Assembly: GCA_024137785.1 (NCBI GenBank)
Contig: JAHRHZ010000282.1
Span: 496,001-547,137, forward strand
Length of the DNA stretch: 51,137 nucleotides
From: Ginglymostoma cirratum
Taxonomy: Eukaryota
Reading direction: 5' to 3'
Shown: positions 11,488-23,111 of the stretch, piece after piece
Layout of the letters: every line of letters begins with the position of its first letter
Position numbering within the stretch: position 1 is the stretch's first letter
Notes under the pieces: model-generated
Seen by the model: only the letters and a program-made list of their open reading frames with translations
Databases searched by the model: none
Told to the model about the DNA's origin: nothing
Made by a program: the position numbers and the translations under genes

Positions 11488-12220
11488 TTACACAATTTCC
11501 CAAGAATTCCCATTCTTTAACTCGGCTCTAAATTTACTCTGGGTCCCGGCATAAATAAATGGGTTGGTGCAGGAACTCATAAAGTGATACAGGTATCCAC
11601 TTTCCTGTTGAATAAATGCTGACTGACTTAAATTGAAACCTGAGAAATAAGGTACGTTCGCAATTCGGACATAGATGGCAGTTTTGAAGAAGATAACAGG
11701 ATGAAGCTGCTCGATATCGTGGAGAGTAAAACCATGGACTTTTTGCACTTTTCCATCCCTGGCTCCATCTGATTTTCTCCATTGTCCTGAGTTTGGAGTC
11801 TCCTGAGGGCTTTATTGGCCACTACGATATATCTGACAAGTGGACCATTGAGCAGTAAAATGAGGATGAATCGGAGACAAGGGCTTAAAGTGGTAGCAAT
11901 TCAGTCATATGATGACCATGCAGGTGATGTATAAAATATTAATTTACGTTTGCAGAACTAGGGTACGTTATTAATTACATAGAGAAGTTCATTTTTCTGA
12001 AAAAAAAAACATACATTTTATGTAGCTGAGTGCTGTCACGTTTCCATTAACCAAAACTGCTGTTACTTCCATGCAGTGCTTTATTTTCAGCTTCGGACAA
12101 CAAACGGACACGAATCGAACAAATGTGAAAGCAACAGTTAACCATGCTGAATAATCAATAGCTGTCTAAATGATGACATCATGCGTACTGCACACTGGAG
12201 TGATGTACAAGAAACGTGAC
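11488..12220 (-). pseudogene. GPR139/GPR142-like GPCR pseudogene 1, exon 2 (TM3-TM7; 5' part deleted)
   Basis: SRFLYITPVCS..LTVAFTFVRFVSVCCPKLKIKHC (degenerate DRF motif)..LRRLQTQDNGENQMEPGMEKCKKSMVLL..SSCTNPFIYAGTQSKFRAELK (NPxxY). Frameshifted. Confidence 0.9.
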
Positions 12221-12221
12221 G

Positions 12222-12535
12222 GGCCCTGCTGTTTCTCAGAATCAGGGACCCTTGTTTGATTCCAGCCTTGGCAGACTGATTGTGTGGAGGTTGCACATTG
12301 TCTCTGTGTATGTGTGGGTTTCTTCCAGGTGCACCGGTTTCCCCCTAGAGTCCAGCGCAGGTTAGTTTGATTGACGATGTTAAATTGTCCCACAGTGTTC
12401 AGGACAGTTTAGGCTAGGTGGGTTAATTATGTTGAATGTGAGGTTATGGCGATTGGTTGGGTGGGTCCTCGGACGGTGGGAGAACATTTAATGGATTCAA
12501 TGGCTTATCTGCACAGTAGGGATATCATGAATGCT
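12222..12535 (+). mobile_element. HE1-like (V-SINE type) tRNA SINE, 5'-truncated
   Basis: cagggacccttgtttgattcc B-box-like motif and central tgtgtggaggttgcacatt..tgtgggtttc core. Same family as 39195-39525. Confidence 0.75.
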
Positions 12536-14841
12536 GATTTGAAATCAAACAAACCAATGGAATAAGAATACAAATTAATATAATAACATACAACAGAGAT
12601 AAAAATACATCGAAAATAAGATACTAAAAATGGTCATAGTGACAAAGTGCTATGGGAATATATCCATGTTGAGAGATAGTAAATTAATCCAAAAGAAATC
12701 TGGAAACTGAAAAGAAAACAATCATATTTGTCTGAAGGTCAAAAGTTATCCTGTCTGACAAATTACTGCAAAATTATTTGCAATTAGAAATATCGATGTT
12801 CAAAGAAAGGGAAATGTTCAGAGAATCACACTGAAAATATTGAGATTGGTGAAATTAAGAATGGTTTATGAAAACATTTCTCTTGTACTACTTACATATC
12901 CGTGAGCAACTCAGTACGTATTTGTACTACTGTAATAAATCAGGTGCACTTTAAATTGTGAAACACACGCTTTTTGGTGTTTAACGTTTTTCATATGAAT
13001 GCTTGCAATCTTTCGTGTGTACGATGTTCAATTCCCACTTATTTGCATGGAATATCCAAAAATGGATAAAAAGTAAAATGAACAATAACCAGGCTGAACT
13101 GTCAAAAGATAGAGCAATTGAGCTAAAATGGAAATTGCTTGCATCTACTAGATATAAAACTGAATGAGAAATAAATGACAGAATCCAGTCTAATATTGCA
13201 GCAATTACCATGACTAAGATACCGCCACCATGAAGGAAACCAGCTGATACTGATAATACGAGTAAAAATGGAGCACCATCAGTGAATTAATTAGTTGATG
13301 CAGAAAGAGAGAGGGAGACAGTAAGAAAGAGAACAAGAGAGAACGAGTAAGAGAAAGAGAGATGGGGAGAGACATTTTGTGCGAGATTAAGGGAGAACAC
13401 GACCGTTAGTGGTTCAACTCCCAACAAATTCCCCCAGCCATTTTGCAGGACTCGGTATCAGAGGCATTTATTTAATATGTTATCCTAAGTTATAAGTTAT
13501 TTCTTATTCTGCAAACGATCAAACTACCATTAAAATATCAATTACATGCGCCAGGTCAATGGAATACTAATGCATTCTAATAGAGTTAGACCTATTAATA
13601 CATTCGAATTGAATTAGATCTAAGGAAGAAACAACAAGGAAGGTAAAATAAATGGACCGAAACACAGGCATCGAATAAACGAGAAAACGAGTGTTATGCG
13701 ACATTGTGGAAGATAAGGAAGGAAGAAAAAAACAAAGGAGCGAAGAAAGATGTAATAACCTCATCTTCCGATATTTCAAACGCCTTCATTGTCTCTCCAT
13801 TCCCGTCCCAGTCACATTCTATGACATCTCAGATCTCAGCGTTTCTCTCAGTCTGCTCCCTTCTTCTTTCCTCATATTCAAATCTCCATCAGTTTCATTC
13901 ATCCAGTTAACTGCTACAGCCTTACTATTTTGAAATTATTTCTTCAATCACTCTCGTTCATTTTTCACAATGTAAATTATAATCTAACTTCTTCATCAAG
14001 AATGTTTTTGTCTTGCATATTCATCTGTGTGTCTTTGGGAAAGAGTGTATTGGATAAACCTCTTTGAAAATTCCAGCACATTCACTACAACAACTGCAAC
14101 TCTATCTTCTAAAGTGGAATCTAGTGATTGACAATTAAGAATGCCATGGAAGACTCTCGTCCTACTAATAATAAATAATATAGCTATCCAAAATGAACAA
14201 ACCTATCAGACAAGACAATATGCGCAGTAAACTAAAAAAATTGCACATGCACTTTTACACATTTCCGTTCTTAATTCCAAAGATTATATTAGGAATGAGG
14301 AAAGCTCAGTTAGAGCTCAGCATGCAGAAGAAGAGTACTTCATTCGAGGTCGCACTATAGATTCTTGCAATCGGCAAAACTAATTTAATGTTGCAGTGCA
14401 GTTAATACAGTGATTATATTCTCATAATTCATTTACTATACCAGTAAGACCACAGTACAATCTACATACAATTGGCATACTACTTCCAAAACAGAAAAAA
14501 AAAAAACTCATGGTTTGCTATTGTAGATTAAGATTTAATGTCCAACAATATAACAGATTAATGTGACAAGGCCTGACACAAAGATCCATATTTCACCCAT
14601 ATGCAAACGGTATATCCATAAATACATAATAATAAATTGAAATAAATCTCAATTGATGTACTATAGCTCACCATAACAAAGGACAACATCATGCATGGCA
14701 CGTACATACATTGTTAATTGGTTGAATTCCCTTACATTCAGATAGCGTTGGATGTTGGAAAAATTCATCCTGATCCTGAAGGGGGAGATAAATTTTCCAG
14801 AAATATAAATACGAATAACTTACTTGAGATTTATTCCTTTC

Positions 14842-14914
14842 CAGGAATACCAAAAACTACCAGAATCGGATTTCAGATAACATAGAAAGAACCAATAGCT
14901 TGTCCATGCATCAT
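14842..14914 (-). pseudogene. GPCR pseudogene 1, exon 1
   Basis: MMHGQAIGSFYVI*NPILVVFGIP+G, 73 nt. In-frame stop, and donor mutated to gaaagg. Confidence 0.85.
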
Positions 14915-15179
14915 CTTTCAGAAACGAAACCATTTTCCAAAGTTGTGGAGCTCAGCTCTGCCCCATATTCAAGGTGACACTCATTGCACCTAGTGAAAGT
15001 CTCCAGACGGACAATAAAATTTCAACCTGCACCTTACTTACAATATACTGAACACAAGTTTAGATCACTATTCAACGCCTACCCTTTTCAAAATTGCAAG
15101 GAGAATGATGTTGTTATACTTGTAAGCAAAATGCTGGCTGCCTCGCTTTCACCATAACCCATCTCTTTTAGCCTCTGTC

Positions 15180-15957
15180 TGTTTAGGTTCTTTTTCGGAG
15201 ACCCTCACGGATTTGATGAAATAACAAGACACTGACCTGTTTAGAAAAACACAAATCCTTTATTACAAAGCAAGTACAAGCTGTGGAGGATAACTACTCA
15301 ACCCGGCACAGAGTGCAGAGTCTCGTAAGCGATTCGCCCCGAGCAGCGGAGAGTCCCCACTTTTTATACCTTATCGAGTGCATAATACATTAAGCAATTT
15401 TACATCTCACAATGGCATGTTACATGACACAATCACGACATCGGACAATGACATGATACACAAACAATTACTACATCGAAAACATAAAGAGAGCAGGATA
15501 CAGTATCGATCAAAGTGGCTGCTAACGGCAGGAGGCGATTTCAAGTTGCCAAAATGACAGAATGTAGTTTCAAGCCGCCGAAGTGTCTGGCTTCAACAAA
15601 AGTCAGTGCCCTGGCCCTTTCAGCAGAAACAGAAGTTACATTCATTATAGGATTTCAGAAGTCTCACACCTTTACAAACGCTGCCCACCTAATCTTATTT
15701 GAGACAGTTTCCACATACCCCTGTGCAGAAAGATAAAGATTTACAAAGTTTATACCTAATTCTATTCAGGTAGGAAGCTTAAGGCGGTGTTTTTCTACCT
15801 ACGTGTAAGAAGATAAGGATTTACAAAGTTTTACACCTAATTCTAGTCGGGCAGGAAGTTTTAAGGCAGTGCCTGTATACCTCTGTGTAAGCAGATAAAC
15901 AGCATTAATTTATAGGGAATATAGAAATCAATGGGATGTTATCCCAATAACATCTCA
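15180..15957 (-). mobile_element. Solo LTR (retrovirus-like), copy A
   Basis: On minus it reads TGAGATGTTATTGGG...AACCTAAACA, with TATA (ggtataaaaag), AATAAA and internal tandem U3 repeats. TSD tgtc/tgtt (4 bp, one mismatch). Highly similar to 20185-20970. Confidence 0.9.
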
Positions 15958-16140
15958 TGTTATGTGCAACTGCTTATTTTAGATACTGAGCTGAGGTCTA
16001 ATGACTAAATAAAAACATTTCATTCTCTTGGCGTCCATGATCTAAATTGATCTGTACATTTCTGTGCCTACTCAATTTGTAACGTTAGTTTATTAGAATG
16101 TTTTAATAGTTCTGATTTGGAGTCACTTAAGTATTTCAAG

Positions 16141-16425
16141 CGAGTTATATCAAATCTGTTTGAAGACAGTATACACAAAATACAAGAGTATCCGAGGGGA
16201 AGACCATCTCATGCAAATTTTGTGGCAAGTGAAACTGCAGATCTCTTATTTATTGCTGGTAAACTGTACATGCAGGAAAAGAGTCCAGATGTTTCTGCCT
16301 GATTAATGGTATTAGATGTTGTAATACTTCACAAATGGCATGATGCAGTGCAAATAGAGTTATCGTTAAGTGACTTCATACACGATAATGCCTTAGAGTG
16401 AAAGCATCAATATACCTGTAATGGA
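16141..16425 (+). pseudogene. Decayed TCR-like V relic
   Basis: One frame reads VSEGKTISCKFCGK*NCRSLIYCW*TVHAGKESRCFCLINGI...CSANRVIVK*LHTR*CLRVKASIYL*, preserving V-domain C/W/YxC spacing. Preceded by EDSI and an AG acceptor. RSS lost. Confidence 0.5.
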
Positions 16426-16751
16426 AACATGATTAATATAATATCAAATATCACATGCTCTGGGATTGTACTAACCGAGAACGTGCCTTACGTACTGTGA
16501 GCAGTGACAGTTATAATTGAGTATTTAAAGCGGTCTGGCCGCGTGTAGCAACAACTAACAAACTGCATAGTGCAATATGAATGCAAACGCTTTGAATTGT
16601 GGAGATTAACCATTTGTTTAATCAGAAAATAGACACGTATTGTGCAGGAGGGGCCAATGTTTTACTCTTGGATGGACGTGCCAAATAATTATAAAGCATG
16701 ACTACAACAGCGCATAATTTAAAAACACATAGTCGAGGTAATGCCGAATCA

Positions 16752-16850
16752 TAGATAACACAGTGTGGTGCTGAATGAACACAGCCAGCCAGGCAGTATC
16801 AGAGAAGCAGGAGAGCTGACGTTTCAGGTGGGGACCCGTCTTCGGAACAA
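16752..16850 (-). mobile_element. Penelope-derived HHR mini-element fragment
   Basis: gataacacagtgtggtgctgaatgaacacagcc..gctgacgtttcaggtgggaccc, the same terminal sequence as 6110 and 30911. Confidence 0.7.
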
Positions 16851-17622
16851 ACAGTACATATAAAAGTGTTTAAGTTTCTTTTTAACTCCAAGTTGAGACG
16901 TGAAACTTTTGGTCTGGATAAAATAAGTCAATTAAAATACGAGATAAATTTCTTTTTTTTCCCCAGAGTCGAAAGCATCACAGGCTTTTCATGATATTGA
17001 TAAGGCCTTTGAAGCAATCTATTGGAACAAGCGGCACTAAGTTGAGCATTATTTTTTATTGCAAAGACATTTGAACAAGTTGCTCTTCAAAACCGGATTA
17101 ATCAATGTTTCCATGAAGTGGTTGCAGTCAGTTTTTTTGTGCAATAAGTTTGGTCTTGCTAGTGTGACGTGGAATCTGCCATGTCTGTGTGACCTACTGT
17201 ACCCCAGAAGTTCCCCTTTTTCCCTTATCCTGTTGCTATACCTCAGTGTCTGACGTTTTGCTCAACTCCAATCCATCCAATTTATTCTTTCATTCAACAT
17301 TAACTCGAAGCCTGGGAAGAGGGCTTATTATTCAGTGCATGTATCTATAGTAGAAATGTTTACATACAATAGAGTTGAATAGTTTGTACCTGTAATATTT
17401 AAACTTCGCTGAAATCACTGTTCATCATTTTCGCAATTCTTGCTTCATTTCTGTGTTACTACAAGTGACAACTCCGTACGTTAGAGGCCTGGAGTAAATA
17501 AGTACTGAAGTACAACTTATTTTAAATTCAAGACATTGACGAGGACAGGAGAGTTTAAATAAGGTTGAACGTTAAATATTTTATCAGTTGCATTTATATG
17601 CCTGGTAGTTATTGCTAAATTT

Positions 17623-19400
17623 TGTTATGGGTTAGGCCAGACCCACGTCAACATATTTTAAGATGGTAGCCCAGACCATCACTTTTTTTTTTTTAATTTT
17701 AAGCATAAACTGTCCGCTCCAGGTGAAATGCGACTGATCAAACTACTCGACCTTAAGCAAAAAAAAAAAAATTGCTTTAACACTGTAGTTAAAATACAAC
17801 CAATGAAAGGAAATTAGAATAACTAAACTCCACTGGAAAACTTAAAAGAATACTGCTGTGTTTGGTTCACTCACCGAGATGGTTCATTAGTTTGCGAACA
17901 TTTCATTACCCTTCTGGGTAAAATCATCAGTGCAGCCTCCGATGAAACGTTATTGTATTTTCCCTGTTGCTATTTAATCTCTGGGTCTGTTGGAGTTGAT
18001 TACCTCATTTCCAGATTTTCTTTGCAGTAGTGTGCATATAGAGTCTAATTCTATGTGTTTATTGATTGCCTTCATGGTGGAGAAACATTCTCTAAAAATT
18101 CCCGTACTTGTCTCTGTTTAGCTTGCCCTAGGATTCTGACGCTGTCCCAAACCAACTGGTGGTCCTCCTTGTTTGTATGTATGGAGACAAGAGAGTAGTG
18201 GTAGCGTCTTGTTGTTACTAATTGGTGTTCATGTATTTTCGTAGCCAGTTTTCTTACTGCCTGCCCAAAGTAATGTTTGCTGCAGTCCGAGCATGGGATG
18301 TTGTCTTTAACTTTGGTTCTGTCCATAGTAGGTAAGGGGTCTTTGGTTCTTGTTAGCAGTTGGAGCAGGATTGATATAAGTTTGTGTGCCACTCTGATGC
18401 CCAGTGGCCGTTGGAATCTTGTGGTCAGTTCAGATATGTTCATGATGCATGGTAACGCGACAAGTGTGTCGGGGCATACTCTATCTTCCTGTTGTTGTTT
18501 TTGAGACAGGCATTGTCGGACCCAGCTGTTTGCCTATCTGTTGTCGTTAAATGCTTGGTGGAGGCATTCTTCTTCATCTTGGCGTAGTTCTGGGTTACTG
18601 CGTTATGGCTTGTTTGAATAGTGTTTTCAATCAACTCTGTTTGTGAGTGTTGGGGTGTTTAGTGTTGAAATCTAGGACTTGATCAGTTTGTGTGGCCCTT
18701 CTGTATACCTTGGAAAGAAATTCCCCGTTCGCCCTGCGTTCTCCGATCGCGTTAAAGAGTGGGAGCTGTTTGTTCTTTTCTTCTCCTCTGGTGAATGTGA
18801 TGGTGGTTAAAGTGCTGTTTATAAGTAGATGTGTTTCTTCAGGTTAAGTTTGTTTGATGCTGATGGAAGTGTAGTTCACATACTGGAGCCATAGTTGGGG
18901 TTGTATCTATGGAATGGAAATGCTTTCAAATCTCTGCTTCTCTGCTTCTGCTATTAGTCTAGAAATGGTTGACCGCACCGGTTTCCCGTTTATTTGTTCA
19001 TAGATCTGGCCAATTTCAAATCCAACGGACCTCAGAGTTTAAATAGCAAGCAGGAAAATACCACAGCTCTTCATCGGAGGCTGCACTGATGCTATTACCC
19101 AGAAGGGTAATGAAACAAATACAAACTAATGGAGCGGCTCAGTGAGCGAACCAACCACAGCATCCATAAACCGAGATACAAATCTATTCAATAATATTAA
19201 CAGAATAATTACATAATTGCTCTAATATAGTAACATCCACAAAAAGACTTCTTGGTAAAAAGGCAATGTCAGGCAAATATTTTCACAGACAATTATCCAA
19301 TCAAAGAGAAAAACATCGAAAGAAAATTTAGGGAAAGTATCAGCCAAGAGCTGTTCACTGAAGCTTCCAACTGTTTTGAGACCCCAATAGCTTCTGCATT
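17623..19400 (-). mobile_element. Partial Gypsy-type LTR split by a Penelope insertion
   Basis: 17623-17852 plus 19197-19400 are colinear with the LTR at 36924-37562 (tgttatgg..agacc..; ..aagcttccaactgttttgagacc). Confidence 0.7.
17853..19196 (-). mobile_element. Penelope-like retroelement (RT C-terminus + GIY-YIG) with inverted pseudo-LTRs
   Basis: ORFs 18072-18634 give IPCSDCSKHYFGQAVRKLATKIHEH (GIY-YIG). Inverted termini at 17853-17947 and 19070-19165. HHR CTGATGA-tt-ttaccc agaa gggtaa-t-GAAA (17896-17930, minus). TSD-like ttaaaagaata / ttaacagaata. Confidence 0.9.
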
Positions 19401-19404
19401 CAGT

Positions 19405-22058
19405 TGAACTAGAAACTAGTTTTTTTTCTAGGAAATAGGAATCTGAAATTCGGATGTTTGCATTGGTGTTGTTACTAATGGTCGGTGACCCCTTCAAAAG
19501 CAACATATAGCGGTCCCTATCAGATTGAGAAGAAGCTGTGTCAGGTCAAATATCTGGTAAAGATGCGAGGTAGGAAGAAAACTTTATCGGGTCTGTCACG
19601 TGAATATGTTGAAACCCTATTAATACAGGGACAGGAAAACGGAGAAGCAGTTATTAGTTACTGCCTCTCACAGTGGGGAATGAGAATCTGAATCATTTGA
19701 TTTTGATGCGAACCAAAGTAAGTTAAATAATGAAAAAGTCCTTTGAGAACGGGATAGGATAATAAGATATCTGTCTCAGAAACAGGGAACTGAACTGAAA
19801 GGCCTGTTGGAGCAATATGAGTCCACAGGTGGGAATAGAATGGGAAAGACTAATACTATAATGCATGACGTTGAAATCGGGAACGTAGCTTCGACAAAAC
19901 AACATCCCTGCAAGCTCAATCCACTTAAAGCTACATAGATACAGAAAGAAGTGGAAGCGATGCTGCAAGAAGACGTCATTGAGTCGAGTCAAAGTCAGTG
20001 GAGTTCGCTGATCATGTTGGATCCGAAGCCTGATGTCTCTCAATGGTTCTGTGTTGATTATCAGAAGGTCAATGACGTAACTAAATCGGACTCATACCCA
20101 ATTCCAAGACTGGAAGACTTGTGGAAAATGTTGGACAAGCCACTTAAATGAAAAAGTTGGACTTGATCCGCGGTTGCTAGCAAGTGAAATGTTATTGGGA
20201 TAACATCCCATTGATTTCTATATTCCCTATAAATTAATGCTCTTTCTCTGCTAACACAGAGGTATGCAGGCATTGCCTTAAAACTTCCTGCCCAACTAGA
20301 ATTAAGTGTAAAACTTTGTAAATCCTTATCTTCCTATACTTAAGTGGAAAAGAAAATGCCTTAAGCTTCCTGCCTGAATAGAATTAGGTATAAACTTTGT
20401 AAATCTTTATTTTCCTGCACAGGGGTATGTGGAAACTGTCTCAGATAAGATTAGGTGGCAACGTTTGTAAAGGTGTGAGACTTCTGAAATCCTATAAAGA
20501 ATGTAACTTCTGTTTCTGCTAAAGGGGCCAGGGCAGTGATCTTTGTTCAAGCCAGACACTTCGGAAGCTTGAAATTACAAACTGTCACTTTGGCAACTTG
20601 AAATCGCCTCCTGCCGTTAGCAGTCACTTTGCGAACAATCGATACTGTATCCTGCTTTCTTTATGTTTTAGATGCAGTAATTGTTTGTGTTATCATGTCA
20701 TTGTCCGATGGAGTGATTGTGTCATGTAACATGCCATTGTGAGATGTAAAATTGCTTTCTGTACTATGCACTCGATAAGGTATAAAAAGTGGGGACTGTC
20801 CGCTGCTTGGGGAAAATCACTTACAAGACTCTACACTCTGTGCCGGGTTGAGTACAGTGATCCTCCACAGCTCGTACTTGCTTTGGAATAAAGGATTTAA
20901 GATTTCCTAAACAGGTCAGTGTCTTGTTGTTACATCAAGTCCGTGAGGGTCTCCAAAAACGAACCTAACACAAGTACTTTTGTTGGAGAGATAGAGAGAG
21001 ACAGAAGTTTCTGCATTTGTTACTCCAATGGGCTGTATCAACTTAAACAATGCCCTTTGGTATGAAGAACGCACCAGCCACATTTCAAAGACTTGTGAAG
21101 CGAGTTGTGGCAGAATTGACTGATTGTGCTGTCTATATAGATGACGTCGTGATCTTTAGCCATTCATGGAAAGAGCACACACTGTACTTGGAAGCGCTCT
21201 TTGAAAGATGACAGGAGGTAAAACTTATAAACTTAGGAAAAACTGAGTTCGCAAAGGCAGAAGTGATGTTCTTGGGACATAACATCGAAAATGGATGGAT
21301 GACTCGAGGAACACAAATACGAAGGCCATCGAGGAATTTCCAAGCCCATACACGAAGAAAGAGGTGCTTCGATTTTTGGAACTGAACGGACTCTACTGGA
21401 AGTTTCTGCTGACCTTTCTTAACATGGTGGCACCGCTGACGGATTTGCTAAAGAAGAATTCGAAATTTTGGTGGACAGGACAATGCCAGGAGGCATTTGA
21501 GAATTTAAAAGCTGTATTAACCACCGCACCAGATTTCTCTAAAACCTTTAAAGTCGTTATTGCAGCTAGTGATAAAGGTGTTGAAGCTGTGCTAATGCAG
21601 GAGGATGATGTCGAAACTGAAAGGCAAATTCGAGACTTTTCAAAGAAACTCAATATTCATCAGATCAAATGCTCCACCTTTGAAATGGAATTATTGAGTT
21701 TGGTATTGGCTCTACAACATTTTAATGTCTCTGCTACGAACAATGTTTTGGAGCCCGATGTGTATACAGACCGGAACCCTCCCAGCTTTTTGTAAACATT
21801 TAAGGACAAAAATATGAGAGCATTTCATTGGAGGCTCATGCTACAGCCTTCTAACTCGATTGTACATGTTTTAGATCGTAGACATGCTGTTGCAGGTGTG
21901 GTATCATGATTTTAGTAAAATGTGTCGATAAATTAGTATGAAAAGGTATAACATTAATGTACTGAACTATGTGTTTCATGATAATAGTGTTAATATTCAA
22001 AAATAAATGAAGCCATCTTTTCATAACGATAGTTAATTTTCTTTCCTGAGGGGGGAGG
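19405..22058 (+). mobile_element. Gypsy/Gmr1-type LTR retrotransposon pol remnant (IN-RT-RNaseH order)
   Basis: Integrase C-terminus SGPYQIEKK...CHVNMLKPY (19500-19620) precedes RT (FCVDYQKVN..SYPIPR, MPFGMKNAPATFQ, AVYIDD at ~21130) and RNase H (ASDKGVEAVL..ELLSLVLALQHF..YTDRNP). PPT gaggggggagg at 22048-22058. Confidence 0.9.
20185..20970 (+). mobile_element. Solo LTR (retrovirus-like), copy B, inserted in the Gmr1 RT
   Basis: TGAAATGTTATTGGG...GAACCTAACA with perfect 4-bp TSD caag (20181-20184 and 20971-20974). Interrupts the DLxRGxxQV motif. Has TATA and AATAAA. Confidence 0.92.
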
Positions 22059-22540
22059 TGGTGCCCAGCTGGGTAGAATAATTGTGAATTAAAACGCAAA
22101 GTGTGGTCTCTTTAAGAGGTAAAATGTTTTTTAAGCTTAGAGTTAAAAAGAGAAGAGGTCTGTGAGCAGATGTGGAATAGTACAGACAATTCTAAAATGG
22201 AAACATGTAAGAATTAATTTAAACCAAACACGCAGGCTTCAAAGTCAAGTGAATTTAAAAACTGATTGTGTTGAGAGGTAATTCTCAGCAAGGAACCTCC
22301 AATCCCTTCAAAACAGGTTCGGCTTGTGGTTAAGCTTAATTATCACAGGGATTTGGCTATTCCCCCTCCGTAATAGTAGTGCCAGGCAGGGTGCAGTGTT
22401 TGTATTCTCAATGAATGTCAGTAGCGAGTTCCCAGAGATTCCCAAATAAACAGTAACCAATTCGGTTCTCAAGCAGACAATACGATATTCAGAATTAGTA
22501 TTCGGCATGAGCAACTTTAAGTGGTTTGTCCTTTGGGCAT
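22059..22540 (+). mobile_element. 3' LTR (probably truncated) of the Gmr1-like element
   Basis: Starts TG directly after the PPT; AATAAA at ~22445. Right boundary uncertain. Confidence 0.55.
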
Positions 22541-22625
22541 TTCTTCCTCACAAGAATGTACCGTAGTGCCCGTGTGTATGTACAAACCTCAACAACCAGC
22601 AGCTGTGACCTAAAAAACCTGTGGC

Positions 22626-23111
22626 AGTTATTGTTCGAAGTTTTCTCTCACTATCATCAATGTGAGACTCATTGCACAGTAATAGACGGCGGTGTCAAAT
22701 AGCAGCACCCTGAAATGTTCGATTGGTACAAATTGTCTGACTGTTGGATTGTATCAGAAAACCGGACCTAAGCAAAGTCCGCTTTCAATTAATCACCACC
22801 GCTCTTGAACCTCCAGACTGCGAACTCAGGCCGTCTGCCTGCGGACTGACGGTAATAAAAGAAGTAATCAGCATCATCAGTGTCGGTGCAGTTTAAAGAG
22901 ACATCTTCTCCCTCTGTCTGTGTGAGCGAGGGTTCCTGCAGAGCAACGGATCCCCCATTGCTCAGATCTGTAACACAGGTTAGAGAAAACGGCAATCAGC
23001 GATGAAATGTTTGAGTGAAACAAACAAAATTTGAAAATTCACGGTATTACCTAAAGAAAGGATAGAAATTAGAGCAGAAAATCTCATGCAGAACGTTAGG
23101 CATATGTCCAT
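22626..23111 (-). pseudogene. TCR alpha/delta V pseudogene with near-intact 23-RSS
   Basis: Leader 23111-23051 (MDICLTFCMRFSALISILSL, gtaat donor). V exon 22967-22665: GSVALQEPSLTQTEGEDVSLNCT..YFFYYRQSAGRRPEF..*..*VRFS../DTAVYYCAMS, two stops and a frameshift. RSS CACATTG-23-ACAATAACT. Confidence 0.93.

Noticed and set aside
12981-13290. Hydrophobic minus-strand ORF inside the GPCR 1 intron
   Set aside because: No match to the TM1-TM2 motifs of the other GPCR copies; T-rich composition explains the hydrophobicity.
15180-20970. Single provirus bounded by the two LTRs
   Set aside because: The LTRs are inverted and each has its own TSD.
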